Both the position numbers and the translations under genes were made by a program. Shown one piece after another: positions 34,068-43,662 of a stretch of DNA of 43,662 bases. The DNA comes from Chrysochromulina tobinii (taxonomy: Eukaryota): contig JWZX01002781.1 of the NCBI GenBank assembly GCA_001275005.1, positions 1 to 43,662 of the forward strand, read 5' to 3'. Each line of letters starts with the position of its first letter. Positions within the stretch are counted from its first letter, which is position 1. The notes beneath the pieces are model-generated. The model searched no databases. It was given only the letters and a program-made list of their open reading frames with translations, and was not told the origin of the DNA.

Positions 34068-34566
34068 GAACTGCGCTCCCGTTGAGCGTCTTGGCCCTTG
34101 GTTGAGCGTCCGCAACGGGCAGCTTTGGCCCCGCCCCACCCCTATGAGTGTATCAGCATGGAGACCATGGTGCCACGAGAGGTTTGCGGTCTGATTGCGT
34201 GTGAGGGTCGTCGCTCAGCTGCTCCATGATGTTTTCTTCATCAACTCTGCTCCTTGCCTACATGCGATATCTCCGTACGACATACGATACGACATACGAT
34301 AGTCTCCGTATGATATAGGTACGATAAATAACGCCGGCTCTTCCGCGGTCTCCGGTGCTGGCTTCCGCCGAAAAGGCACCGCGAAGATTAGAAGTGAGTC
34401 GGTCGGGCAAAATGTTCCTACATCATTGACCACAGGTCCCCACAAGATTGGTGAACTAGGCATGCGACATTACAAGTCAGGGTCCGATTGCTGTTGACGA
34501 ATTCTGCCATGACAACGCTGCGTTCATCGCGGTCGCTCTCTGACTCTGCGAATCGAATCCGCGGTG

Positions 34567-34954
34567 ATGGCTCCGAGTGCGACGACGATAATTCTTGTTG
34601 GAGCGGCTGGCGCGGCTGCGATCTATCTGTTCATCTTGCGCCAGCGGCGACTCGCTATGCTGCCTACGGACGAGGAGCAAGCATGGCTCGACGAGCAGCT
34701 CCGCACTCCGCGCCCGCCCTGCATGTCTCCCGGGAGCCAGGTGTCGGATGAGGAGCAAAAGTGGCTTGACAAGCAAATCCAGAACGTGGAGACGGAGGAC
34801 GTAAGGCTCTGCCCCGCCACTGTAGGTCGGATGCATTCTCAAAACTCCGGTTCGCTTCCCTCGCGCGCAGATGCTGGACGACGCGAGGCAAGCGGCCTAC
34901 GCTCCTGGGGAGGGCAGCAGCCCGAAGAAGCCGCCGTCGAAGAAGGGCCAATGA
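34567..34954 (+). CDS. Small single-pass membrane protein (about 105 aa), exons 34567-34800 and 34871-34954
   Basis: N-terminal hydrophobic anchor followed by RQRR; GAC|GTAAGG ... CGCGCAG|ATG intron (70 nt); duplicated DEEQxWLDxQ motif. Confidence 0.6.
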
Positions 34955-35524
34955 GGATCGTTCTGAATCCATGTCCACGATTGCGATCCATGCTGCTACT
35001 CGATGTCGTGGCGTCGCGAGTTGATCATCAGTAATTGCCATGTCCTTGGCATGTGCGCATCTGAATCATTGTGCATTGTGGGGCACGGCGGCTCTGAGAT
35101 AGCTCTCGCACGGTGCGCGGGGCCGGGCTCGCTGCATGTGCGCGACCGGCGATTGTGTACTTTAAGCTCAAAGTACACACGAATACTAACCAAAAAGGAG
35201 ACCGGACGGCCTTGCCGACGCCGCGGCGTCGCCAGAGACGGCCACAGTACGAACGCAGATGTATCAGATATCAGTAATGCGTCTACGACTTTTACCTAAC
35301 GAGCGACGTGAACCGGAACAGGCGGCTCGGCTCTACGAGACGAGCCGGAACAGGCGGCTCGGCTCTTCGGTGATCAGCCAGGGTCACGTGTCATCATTGA
35401 CGCGGCACTTATGCCAGGACCGCCGTGCAGCGACGCATCCGAGGGCCGACGCGACGCCGGCGTGACCAGATGCTACGCAGAGGGGTGGGCCAGCTCGGTT
35501 TTGTGAGCGAGCTTGGCCACGCGG

Positions 35525-36247
35525 TCATCTCTGCTTCTTGCCAACTTTCATCCCAGCGGCCGCCTCGGCCGCCTTCTCTTTCGCCACCTGATAGCCGAAG
35601 TAGAGGATGCCGAAGAAGACGTACCATCCGTAGCGCTGCAGCAGGCTCCGCGGTTTGGAGTCGTCGGCGGGCTTTCGCCGCGACGCACCTTGCCGCGACG
35701 CCGTCCATGCGGAGGGCTGCAACGGGCCGGTGCACGACCTGCCCTCAGACTCACTAAGAACGCATGCGGGAGCGTGCAGGAAGACGAAGGAGTCCTCGTC
35801 GCTGCACAGGAACTGCACCGCCCCGCCCTTCTTGCCCTTCCACTGCGAATCGGATAGGTGGAAGCGGCCGCCGTTTTGTGCATGGAAGTCAAACTCGAAG
35901 GCAGTCTTCAGCGACTCGAGTGGCTGCGGCTCGGGAGGCTCGTCGCTGTCGGCCGGCTCGGGCGTCGCCGGCACAGGCTTCCTCGAGAGCTGGAATTGGC
36001 CGGACTTGGCGTCGTCGAAGAGCACGCGCACGACCATCTCAGACGTCTTGCCATTGTCATCAACCTCATAGTAGGCGCCCTCGAGCGTGCCTCCGACTAG
36101 CTGAAAGGAGTAGTGGGCGTGCTCCGGCTTCTGGCCCGGCGTATGACGCTCGAGTTCCCACTCTCCCGCGAGGAAGTCGCGGAATGACCACGAATCGTCC
36201 GCAGCCACCGCGATGGCGAGAGCGAGCATCATACCTCGACGACACAT
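35525..36247 (-). CDS. Type I membrane protein: signal peptide, beta-rich lumenal domain, C-terminal TM and KKxx tail; alternative start at 36232
   Basis: MMLALAIAVAA signal; FLAGEWELER; TM YGWYVFFGILYFGY; ends in KKQR. Confidence 0.75.
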   Translation of the reverse strand: MCRRGMMLALAIAVAADDSWSFRDFLAGEWELERHTPGQKPEHAHYSFQLVGGTLEGAYYEVDDNGKTSEMVVRVLFDDAKSGQFQLSRKPVPATPEPADSDEPPEPQPLESLKTAFEFDFHAQNGGRFHLSDSQWKGKKGGAVQFLCSDEDSFVFLHAPACVLSESEGRSCTGPLQPSAWTASRQGASRRKPADDSKPRSLLQRYGWYVFFGILYFGYQVAKEKAAEAAAGMKVGKKQR

Positions 36248-36447
36248 GCTGTCAAGACGAGAGCAGTCCACGCAAGGTCCTGTGCCACCGCGCGAGTCCA
36301 CGCGTCTTCGGAAGAAATCGGCGCTAATACTTATTTCAATCCGGAAAATTCGTCGCGCATCGTTCAACAGTGCTGCTCCAAGTTAAGAAACTTTTTGTCT
36401 TATTTCGAGAATAATTATATTTTGAGTTCGCAAGCACGCGCGGACTC

Positions 36448-37278
36448 ATGCCAAAGCTCCATGGCCAGCCACGCGTGTTCACGCGGCGCGGCATAGCGCG
36501 GCCGCCATACAATCCAGCGTTGGAAAAGTATTTTCACCAACGGAGGAACCTCTTCAGCAAGTACGATTGCGGATGTGCGCTGGACGCGGAAGGATGGTAC
36601 TCCGCGACCCCTGAGGCAGCTGCGGCGATCACAGCACAAATCATGGAGACAGATGGGGCGTCGCGCGGCAGCATCTTCGTCGATGCGTTCGTTGGTACTG
36701 GCAGCAACGCAATCCAGCAGGCGCTTCACGACCCCGCCGGCGTTGTAATCGCCATCGACATAGATCCCGCCAAGATTGCGATGGCGCGCCACAATGCGGC
36801 CATCTATGGAGTGGCTGCTCGGATTCACTTTGTCATCGGTGACTTCGCGTCTTTAGCCCCACGCTTGCGCGCGCATGCCGTCTTCTTATCGCCTCCTTGG
36901 GGAGGGCCCGAGTACGGCGCTTCGGACACTGGCGGCTTCCGCATCGCTTCGATTCGCTGCGGCAGTGCGGACGACGCGGACGGTTACCGGCTGTTTGAGC
37001 TCGCTGCGACGATTGCGCCGACCGTGGCATATTATCTTCCCGTCAGCACGGCAGAGGAGGATATCCTCGCGCTGACAGCGCGCCATGCGTCCCAGCGCTG
37101 CGAGTGCGTCCACTTAGCCTGGGGCGGGGAAAAGAAGCGGCGGCCGCGTGCTGTCCTGGCGTGCTTCCACGGACCACGACTACCGAGTCACCTCGCGCTC
37201 TCGCCGCCCGGTCTGCTACACTCGACAGCGAATTGCGATGCCCGATCGGAACCATCACAGCGTACTTGGGCTCGTTAG
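36448..37278 (+). CDS. TGS1: Trimethylguanosine synthase (RNA cap hypermethylase)
   Basis: KYFHQRRNLFSKYD...LDAEGWYSATPE, VDAFVGTGSNAIQ, IAIDIDPAKI.MARHNAAIYGV, VFLSPPWGGPEY. Confidence 0.93.
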   Translation: MPKLHGQPRVFTRRGIARPPYNPALEKYFHQRRNLFSKYDCGCALDAEGWYSATPEAAAAITAQIMETDGASRGSIFVDAFVGTGSNAIQQALHDPAGVVIAIDIDPAKIAMARHNAAIYGVAARIHFVIGDFASLAPRLRAHAVFLSPPWGGPEYGASDTGGFRIASIRCGSADDADGYRLFELAATIAPTVAYYLPVSTAEEDILALTARHASQRCECVHLAWGGEKKRRPRAVLACFHGPRLPSHLALSPPGLLHSTANCDARSEPSQRTWAR

Positions 37279-37834
37279 CGGGACCTTGTACTGTAGCTTA
37301 CGTCCGGTCGTCGGCGTCCCGTGTGCCGGTTTGCGTTGACCGTTGTCACACTCGCCGGGTTGCGTGGGGTCACTGCAAAGCCGAGCTTGCATGGTCATCT
37401 CTGCATGGTTGGAAAGCTGCCTAAGGACGAGACTGATTACACTAATCATTCCTTCTCATGGACGCGTGACGAAGACGAGACTGAGTGACGGTGCATAGGC
37501 TATAGCTCGGCTGCATACGAAGGAGACGAAACCGCGCGACACGAATCCGGCGTTCACGACAAACCGAAACCCGCGCCGTGGAGCGCGGATCGAGACCGGA
37601 CTGCGGACGGGACATAATGCCACTCCGGACGTGGCACACTCTTGACCCGCGCAGGCTCCCACACAGACCCAGGTCACCCGCCGACATATATCACACAGAC
37701 TTACGTCCACACACCGCCTCAGACCACGAGTCCAGCAGTCCACAACAGAGAGTGCTATCATCCGCCTGAACGCGACCTCTGCCATGCCACCCGGCCGTCG
37801 CGTGCACTGGTGCACATACGGATGCGTCAACTGC

Positions 37835-39223
37835 TCAATTCAGTATGAGTCTGACGTCCGCGAGCTCCTTGAGAATCGTAGGAGCCAAGAGGGTCCCGCT
37901 CACCAGGATGCACACTACCAGCATGTACCAGACCGCGGCCCAGCCGCCCCAGATCTGCAGCGGGCCGATCGCCATCAGCCCAAACGCGGAGATGAGCGAG
38001 CCCGTACCATTGATGATGCCGACGACCGTGCCGAGCGAGCGCGTGCTACCACCGATCGACGGGTGCTCAGAGAGGTCCGCGGCAACGGCGGAGGTGATCA
38101 TGTTGTTGGGCCCGCCTACGAGAACGCCGAGCAGAGTCAGGAGGGCGACGAGTAGCCACGTGGCCATCGCATCCGAGTACACGGCGAAGGAGCCCAGCAG
38201 CGGCAAGAGCAGCACAAAGGCGGCGCCTATGACGGAGGCGCGGCGTCCGCCGAAGAGATCCGAGAGCCAGCCAACAAAGACTCCTCCAAACATCAATCCA
38301 ACGGAGTACAGCGACGAAATGACGTTGGCCGTCTGGGTGTCGAAACGAGATGTCAATAAGAAGGGCAGCCAAAAGAACATGGCGTAATTGACGTACTTGA
38401 GAAACCCGTAGACGAGTGCGTAGCGTGCGACACCGGGGATGGCCAGCGCCTGCATGAAGCCCACGGTGCTGCCCTCGCCGCCGTCAGCACCGCCGTCAGC
38501 GCCCTTCTCAGCGCCCTTCTCGGCGCCGCTGCTCGCTGTTTCGTCATCATCCAGCTTGAGGCCAATCTGGGCGGGCGAGCCCGCGACCATCAGGTAGTTG
38601 AGCACAGCCCACAGTGCGCTCAAAAGCATGGGGATGAGTAGCGCCACTTGCCACGAGAAGCCAGCGCTGACGATCGCGGCAGTCGAGAGGGCCGCCACAA
38701 TGTCGCCTATATTCCCATTCATGGTCCAGAAGCCGAACAGCAAGCCTCGGCCTTTCTTCGAGAACCACACGCCCATGAGCGCCATGTTGACGGGCAGCCC
38801 ACACGACTGGAAGAGGCCGTGAATCAGTTGGATGGAGACAAAGAGGAATGATCCGAGGCTATAGGACGAGTGGATGATGTCGATGTTCACCAAGTACAGC
38901 AGCGTTCCCAAGCAAAGTGTGGAGCCGACCAAGCTGATGCCGAGGACGACGTTCTGCGGGAAGATATCTGCAATGCGGCCCGAGATGAAGGTGCCGATAG
39001 CGTATGCGAACATGAAGGCGGTATCCATCTGCGAGAGCACGACCTTGTCTACACCAGCTAGGACGAGTTCAGTCTTGACATTGGTGTAGACCTTACGTGC
39101 AAAGTGCATGATCAAATAGTTGGCGAACGTGATGAAGAAGATGAAGGCCTGCCACTTAACCAGCCTAGAGACGGCACCTGGCCCTGGCAGATCAGGCAGC
39201 TGGCCCATGTATTGCAGAAGCAT
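37835..39223 (-). CDS. MFS sugar-phosphate / glycerol-3-phosphate transporter, SLC37/GlpT-like
   Basis: About 12 TM segments; HFARKVYTNVK, WFSKKGRGLLFGFW, FFWLP, ITSAVAADL, GIINGTGS. Confidence 0.88.
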   Translation of the reverse strand: MLLQYMGQLPDLPGPGAVSRLVKWQAFIFFITFANYLIMHFARKVYTNVKTELVLAGVDKVVLSQMDTAFMFAYAIGTFISGRIADIFPQNVVLGISLVGSTLCLGTLLYLVNIDIIHSSYSLGSFLFVSIQLIHGLFQSCGLPVNMALMGVWFSKKGRGLLFGFWTMNGNIGDIVAALSTAAIVSAGFSWQVALLIPMLLSALWAVLNYLMVAGSPAQIGLKLDDDETASSGAEKGAEKGADGGADGGEGSTVGFMQALAIPGVARYALVYGFLKYVNYAMFFWLPFLLTSRFDTQTANVISSLYSVGLMFGGVFVGWLSDLFGGRRASVIGAAFVLLLPLLGSFAVYSDAMATWLLVALLTLLGVLVGGPNNMITSAVAADLSEHPSIGGSTRSLGTVVGIINGTGSLISAFGLMAIGPLQIWGGWAAVWYMLVVCILVSGTLLAPTILKELADVRLILN

Positions 39224-39716
39224 GGTGAACGTAAGCTTGCGCTCGGCTTCGCGAGCTCGTGGGCCGCGTGCCGCGCCGCAGCTTGCGAGTTTTTTCGGAT
39301 CGCCACGGAAGCTTTTCGCCCAAGAGAACGCCCACAAAAATGGAGTCGATCCTCTCCCCAAATCTGGTTCGATCCCGCTCCGACCAAATTGTCTCCGCAG
39401 CTCCCGCCTTCTGGGCCAGCGTTTATCTTGTCAGTGGCGTAACGAAGAGCGGCGTTTCAAGAGCGGCGCACAAACTACATTTCCTGAGACCGGACGATGA
39501 ATCATGATTGTGCTGGAGGCACGGACGGAACACGGAAGCATGGATGGAAGTGCACAAGCTAGAGCTTGCTTGACGGAAGAGAGAAGACGCACGCGTGCCA
39601 GCGAGAAAGGCGGCGGAGCAGTACAACGTAATAAACAAGTGTGCGGCGCAGTCACGAGTCGAGAATGCCGATGACATGCTCTCGGTGCTTGCTGGTGCGC
39701 AGGATCGGTTTCAGGC

Positions 39717-41183
39717 TCAGTCAACGGATACCCATCGGCCCGAGGGGCTCAGCGATCCCCTCGTTTCTGCATCCGCTCGAGGACCGTTGTCGAGGAGCCG
39801 CTCGCCGTTCACGGCTTCGACCTGGAGGAGAGGCGGCCGAACGCGCCGCCGACAGCTCACGCAGCTGCTGGTCAAGATCTGTAGCACGATCGTCAAGATG
39901 ACCAGGTACCCGCAGATGACGCACGCTCGCTGGAAGCCGATCAACTCTACCAGGCCGCCGCCCGCAAGCGGCCCCGTGGCTTCACCTGCAGTGAACGCCA
40001 ACATCGAGAGCGCCGCGATAGAGTCGGAGCTCTGATCCACAGAGAGGCCGCCCAGCTCCGCCGTGTGCACCATGATCGCGTTCACTGGGGTGAAGGCGAG
40101 CGCGCCGCCAATGCCCATCATGCAGAGAGAGCCGAGGGCGAGGCCGATGGCGCCTGCGCGAGTACCTTGCGCCAAGAAGGGCACCGGCGAGAGCGGGTAG
40201 ATTTTTCCATGAGTATTGTTCCCTCCGATCTCGGACCATGGCTCCGGCGCCATCGTGATGAAACAGGCGGAGAGGATCGAAAGCCCGATGCTCAGAGCAG
40301 TCAGCGTGCCGAGACGCCTTGCCACCGGCCCAGCGCATGCAGAGCAGAGCGCGTAGGTGAAGAGCGAGGATGAGTACATGAGGCCTACCTGCAACTCGTC
40401 GAGCGCGTAGGGCGGGTTCGCGAGGAATGGCTCGATGGTCGGATCCAGGAAACCGACTGTGAACATGAGGATGTAGCAGACGAAGAGGCTCGAGAGGATG
40501 ACCGGCATTCGCAGCAGCCGTCCCATGGCGCCGCCGCTGCCCTCTTCCACAACCTCCACGCTGAGTGGGATGATTGTCATGTAGAGTGCAAGCAGCCCGA
40601 GCGTGCTCCCCGAGCAGAAAAAGGGCGCCTCGTAACCGATAGCCTCGTCGAGGCCGCCGCCGATTAACGGGCCAATCATGATGCCCACACCGCGCGCGGC
40701 CTCGGACCACCCGATGGCGTCGCCGACAAGTTCGGAAGGCACGCTGCGCATCAACAGTCCGACGGCAGCCACCTCCGAGAGCCCCGCAGCCAGACCCTGC
40801 ACAGCGCGAAGCGAAGCGCACGCGACCACAAAGGCGGTCGTCGTGGTCGCCAGGTCGGTGAAGGCGAATGAAAATGCTGTGGCCGCTTGCAGAAAGCACG
40901 CGGCCCTCAGCACGCCAGCTCCGCCAAAGCGCTGGCACAAGAAAGGTGCGACCGGCGTCACCAACAGCGCCACAGCCTGATGGAGGCCAAAGAGCATGCC
41001 GGTGACTGTCGGAGTGCAGCCGTGACGCTCGGCCGCCTCCGGGAAGAATGGAACGAGCATCGAAAAGTTGAGGTCGCTGATCGCGCACACGGCGCAGGAG
41101 ATCACGATCGGCACCACTTTCACTTTCTGCTCCGCCGAATGTGCGTCCCGTATGAGGGGGGTGGACACACCGACAGCCGGCAT
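39717..41183 (-). CDS. MFS transporter, SLC18B1-like
   Basis: About 12 TM segments; FSMLVPFFPEAA, LRAVQGLAAG, GIMIGPLIGGGL...GYEAPFF, GFLDPTIEPFL, GPLAGGGLV. Confidence 0.85.
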   Translation of the reverse strand: MPAVGVSTPLIRDAHSAEQKVKVVPIVISCAVCAISDLNFSMLVPFFPEAAERHGCTPTVTGMLFGLHQAVALLVTPVAPFLCQRFGGAGVLRAACFLQAATAFSFAFTDLATTTTAFVVACASLRAVQGLAAGLSEVAAVGLLMRSVPSELVGDAIGWSEAARGVGIMIGPLIGGGLDEAIGYEAPFFCSGSTLGLLALYMTIIPLSVEVVEEGSGGAMGRLLRMPVILSSLFVCYILMFTVGFLDPTIEPFLANPPYALDELQVGLMYSSSLFTYALCSACAGPVARRLGTLTALSIGLSILSACFITMAPEPWSEIGGNNTHGKIYPLSPVPFLAQGTRAGAIGLALGSLCMMGIGGALAFTPVNAIMVHTAELGGLSVDQSSDSIAALSMLAFTAGEATGPLAGGGLVELIGFQRACVICGYLVILTIVLQILTSSCVSCRRRVRPPLLQVEAVNGERLLDNGPRADAETRGSLSPSGRWVSVD

Positions 41184-41486
41184 CGGCAACGCCGGCTCGT
41201 GCTAGCCCGTGCGCCTCGTTTGCCAGAGGCGCGCCTGCGCGATCTCGAAGCCGCTACGACGTGATTTTTGCTCCAAAACGCAATTTCCAGGGCGGGCAGC
41301 CGAGTGGCGCGTGTTAACGTTCACACTGGCGGCTCAAAAGATGCTCTGCATGCATTCAGTATTCTGCTCTGAGGATCCTTTGTGATCAAGCGGGGCATAA
41401 GTACGTCCTGTTCTCCTCTTTACACTCTCCAGGTAGCCTGCACAGGTAGCCCACTCCCCAAACCGAAACCGCTCGCGCCCCGGGGC

Positions 41487-43662
41487 TCACTCAAACTGGA
41501 CGCGCGCGTGCAGATGCCGCGCCGCGGCGGCGTCGCCCGGGCGCGCGCCAACGTACCGATGCGCGTACACCATGCGCGGGTGCTGCCGGCGCACGGCGAC
41601 AGCCTGCCCCCCGCCCGCGCCCGTGAGCCGGCGCGGCAGCCAGCGAAGCTCGGGCATCGTATGGTTGGCGGCCGTCGGCTCCCAGAGCGGCGACGCGTCC
41701 CGGTAGGCTCCAAAGCGCGGGTGGACTGTCTGGCCGTAAAAGTCGGAGCCGCGCCGCTTGAGCCACTCGCCCACCGCGTCGCTCAGCCTCGCGCCCACGC
41801 CGAAGCCCTGGAACTCGGGCAGCACGACTGTGCGGTGCGCGCGCTGTGGCCGATCGGTCGCCTCGCTCGTCGGCTTGCCTGAGTGAGGGATGGTCGCCAA
41901 TCAAAGAGGCAATCAATGGTCATCAGCGACGCTCGCAACGGCTTGCCTGAGTGAGGGATGGTCGCCACGAACCCCGCGGGCACGTACACGCTCGCCTCGT
42001 CCTCCGCGTCGTGGCGAGCGTCCTCCGCGTCGCGAGCCACCGCCTCGGCGTCGTGGTGAGCGTCCTCCGCGTCCGCCGCCGCGGTTCCCGCCCGTGTCAC
42101 CGCCGCCTCCGCCCTCCCGCCGAGCGCCACGCGCGCCTCGAGCAGGCAGGTCGATGCGACCGTTGAGAGCTGCGCCGTCTTGTAGTGGTAGCTGTGGAAG
42201 CGCTGCCACTCGGCGGGTGCGCATGGGCGTAGCCGCAGGGCGAGCTGTGGAAAGGGGAGGCGCACGCTGCCGCCGTCGACGAGGCCGGTGGCGCCGGTGC
42301 TGGCGCCGGCGGCGGAGGGTTTGGCGGCGAGAGGGTCGCTGATGACCTTTGATTGCCTCTCGATTGCCTCTTGATTGCCTTTGTTGTCGTCGGAGGGATT
42401 GGCGGCGAGTGACGCTCGCGCGGCCGCCAGCGCTAGCCAACCACGCAAGCCCATCGCCTCGTGAGCCATCGCCTCGTGAGCCGTCGCCTCGTGAGCCGTC
42501 GCCTCGTCCATCGCCTCGTCCATCGCCTCGTGAGCCGTCGCGCCCGCTGCCGCGCCCGCTGCCGCCTTCTCCACGTCCCTCGTCGCCTCCGCCTCGGTTT
42601 CGGCGCCCTCCGCCTCAGCGCCCTCCGCCCGTGTAGCTGCCGTCGGCTGGAGCCAGAAGCACGTGGCCGAGCCCGCCTCAAAGATCCAATCGGGCTCGAG
42701 GGCACCGCGCGCCACGTGCTCAATGTGGCAGCCCGCGAGCACCACCCCGGCGCATCGCAGCAGCGACGGCCGCGCAGCCGCCCCACCAGCGCCCACGACG
42801 GCGCCGCCGGAGCCGCCGGGCTGAGCTTGAGCGGTCGAGGCCCGCAGCGCGCCGCTGAGCGCGCGGCTGATGCGCAGCGTCGTGTCGCCATCCCACGCGG
42901 AGCCAAACTCGTCAAAGAGGGCGAGCCGCGCGCCTGATCGCTCGTCGTCCCCCGCCTCGTCCCCGTCCCCTTTGGCCGGCTCGGCCGCGCCGATCTCCAA
43001 GGCCAGCAGCGCCTGGGCACGCTCGCCGCTCGAGCACGCGCCGTACCGCCACGCGAGCGCCGACGGCAGCGGCGCGGCCACCGCACGCAGGCAGCGCGCC
43101 GCTTGCTCGGAGCTGCCAAAGGCGTCGCTCAGTCGGCGAGCGCGCCGCCAGGCGGCGCTCAAGACGGCGCTCCCGTCGAGGGCGGCTCGACCGAATTGGG
43201 CAGCGAGCAGTGCGGACTTGGCCGCGCCCGACGGGCCGGTCAGCACACCAAGGCGGAAGGGGCCGAGCGCGTCGCGGCTCGGGAAGGGCGGCAGCCGGCG
43301 CGCGCAGGTGCCGTCGCTCGGCAGGTCGAAGAAGGTCTCGACGATGCGCGTCGCCTCGGTCGCCTCGACGTGCGCCGCGAGCACGCGCCCGCCCCGCGGC
43401 GGCGGCGCGCACGCGTCGTGCTGAGCGGGAGGCGTGACGTCGTGGCAGAGGGCATCAGAGACCATCAAAGGCACTCAGGGGTACTACTCAGAAGTCATCA
43501 GTGCTCATCACCTGGAAGGGAGGCGCGTCGTCGTAGCAGCGCTGGGAGAGCACCCGTAGGCCACACCGGCGGAGGCTCGCGAGGAAGAGCTCGCCGCCGC
43601 GGGGGAGGTGCGATGGGGGGAGGTGCGATGGGGGGAGGTGCGATGGCGGGAGGTGCGATGGG
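41487..43662 (-). CDS. ABC-type ATPase fused to a GNAT acetyltransferase, 5' end outside the window; exons >43662-43512, 43420-41947, 41878-41487
   Basis: Walker A-like LTGPSGAAKS, signature-like SSGE, Walker B LFDEFGS, H-loop LAGCH...LEPDWIF; WQRFHSYHY; acetyl-CoA motif RTVVLPEFQGFGVG...TVHP. Confidence 0.8.
41879..41946 (-). other. GC-AG intron (68 nt, phase 1) bounded by a perfect 29-bp direct repeat
   Basis: CAG|GCAAGC ... CCCTCACTCAG|GCAAGC; removal joins the 41783-43474 and 41487-41900 ORFs. Confidence 0.8.
43421..43511 (-). other. GT-AG intron (91 nt, phase 0) in the ABC-GNAT gene
   Basis: CAG|GTGATGAGCACTGAT ... CCCGCTCAG|CAC; upstream frame stays open to the window edge. Confidence 0.7.
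43602..43662 (-). repeat. 15-bp tandem repeat (PSHLP x4), probably coding
   Basis: GGGAGGTGCGATGG(G/C) units on the plus strand. Confidence 0.8.

Noticed and set aside
35313..35366. 22-bp direct repeat CCGGAACAGGCGGCTCGGCTCT x2
   Set aside because: Isolated intergenic or UTR duplication with no further structure
33369..43662. aroQ, two MFS transporters and a GNAT as a metabolic gene cluster
   Set aside because: Interspersed with unrelated genes such as TGS1 and no coherent pathway is evident

Overview
GC-rich, gene-dense eukaryotic nuclear DNA with spliceosomal introns. The bipartite-looking plastid leader on TypA and the style of the repeat-filled introns suggest a haptophyte alga such as Chrysochromulina (inference, not verified). 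About 17 protein genes are supported. Recognisable ones: F-box/MYND protein, 7-exon importin-9, 4-exon plastid TypA/BipA, divergent cyclin, Ski3/TTC37-like TPR protein (1-nt frameshift), degenerate TBC protein, acylated EF-hand protein (two compensating frameshifts), type II dehydroquinase with a presequence, TGS1 and two MFS transporters. Less familiar ones: a multi-pass IQ protein, a 2.8-kaa intronless PDZ-TM-Pro-LamG-Pro-TM-WW-SH3 protein, a KKxx membrane protein and a 5'-truncated ABC-ATPase/GNAT fusion. The strongest signal is in the introns. Most are built from 10-11-nt tandem units, and several carry duplications of the exon junction in different states of decay, from a perfect 29 bp copy to 16/19 and 18/23 matches. 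One has terminal inverted repeats, two unrelated genes share an identical 18-nt donor region, and one intron-type insert sits antisense and in frame inside an exon. Together these suggest an active intron-generating process. No rRNA, tRNA or CRISPR array was recognised.
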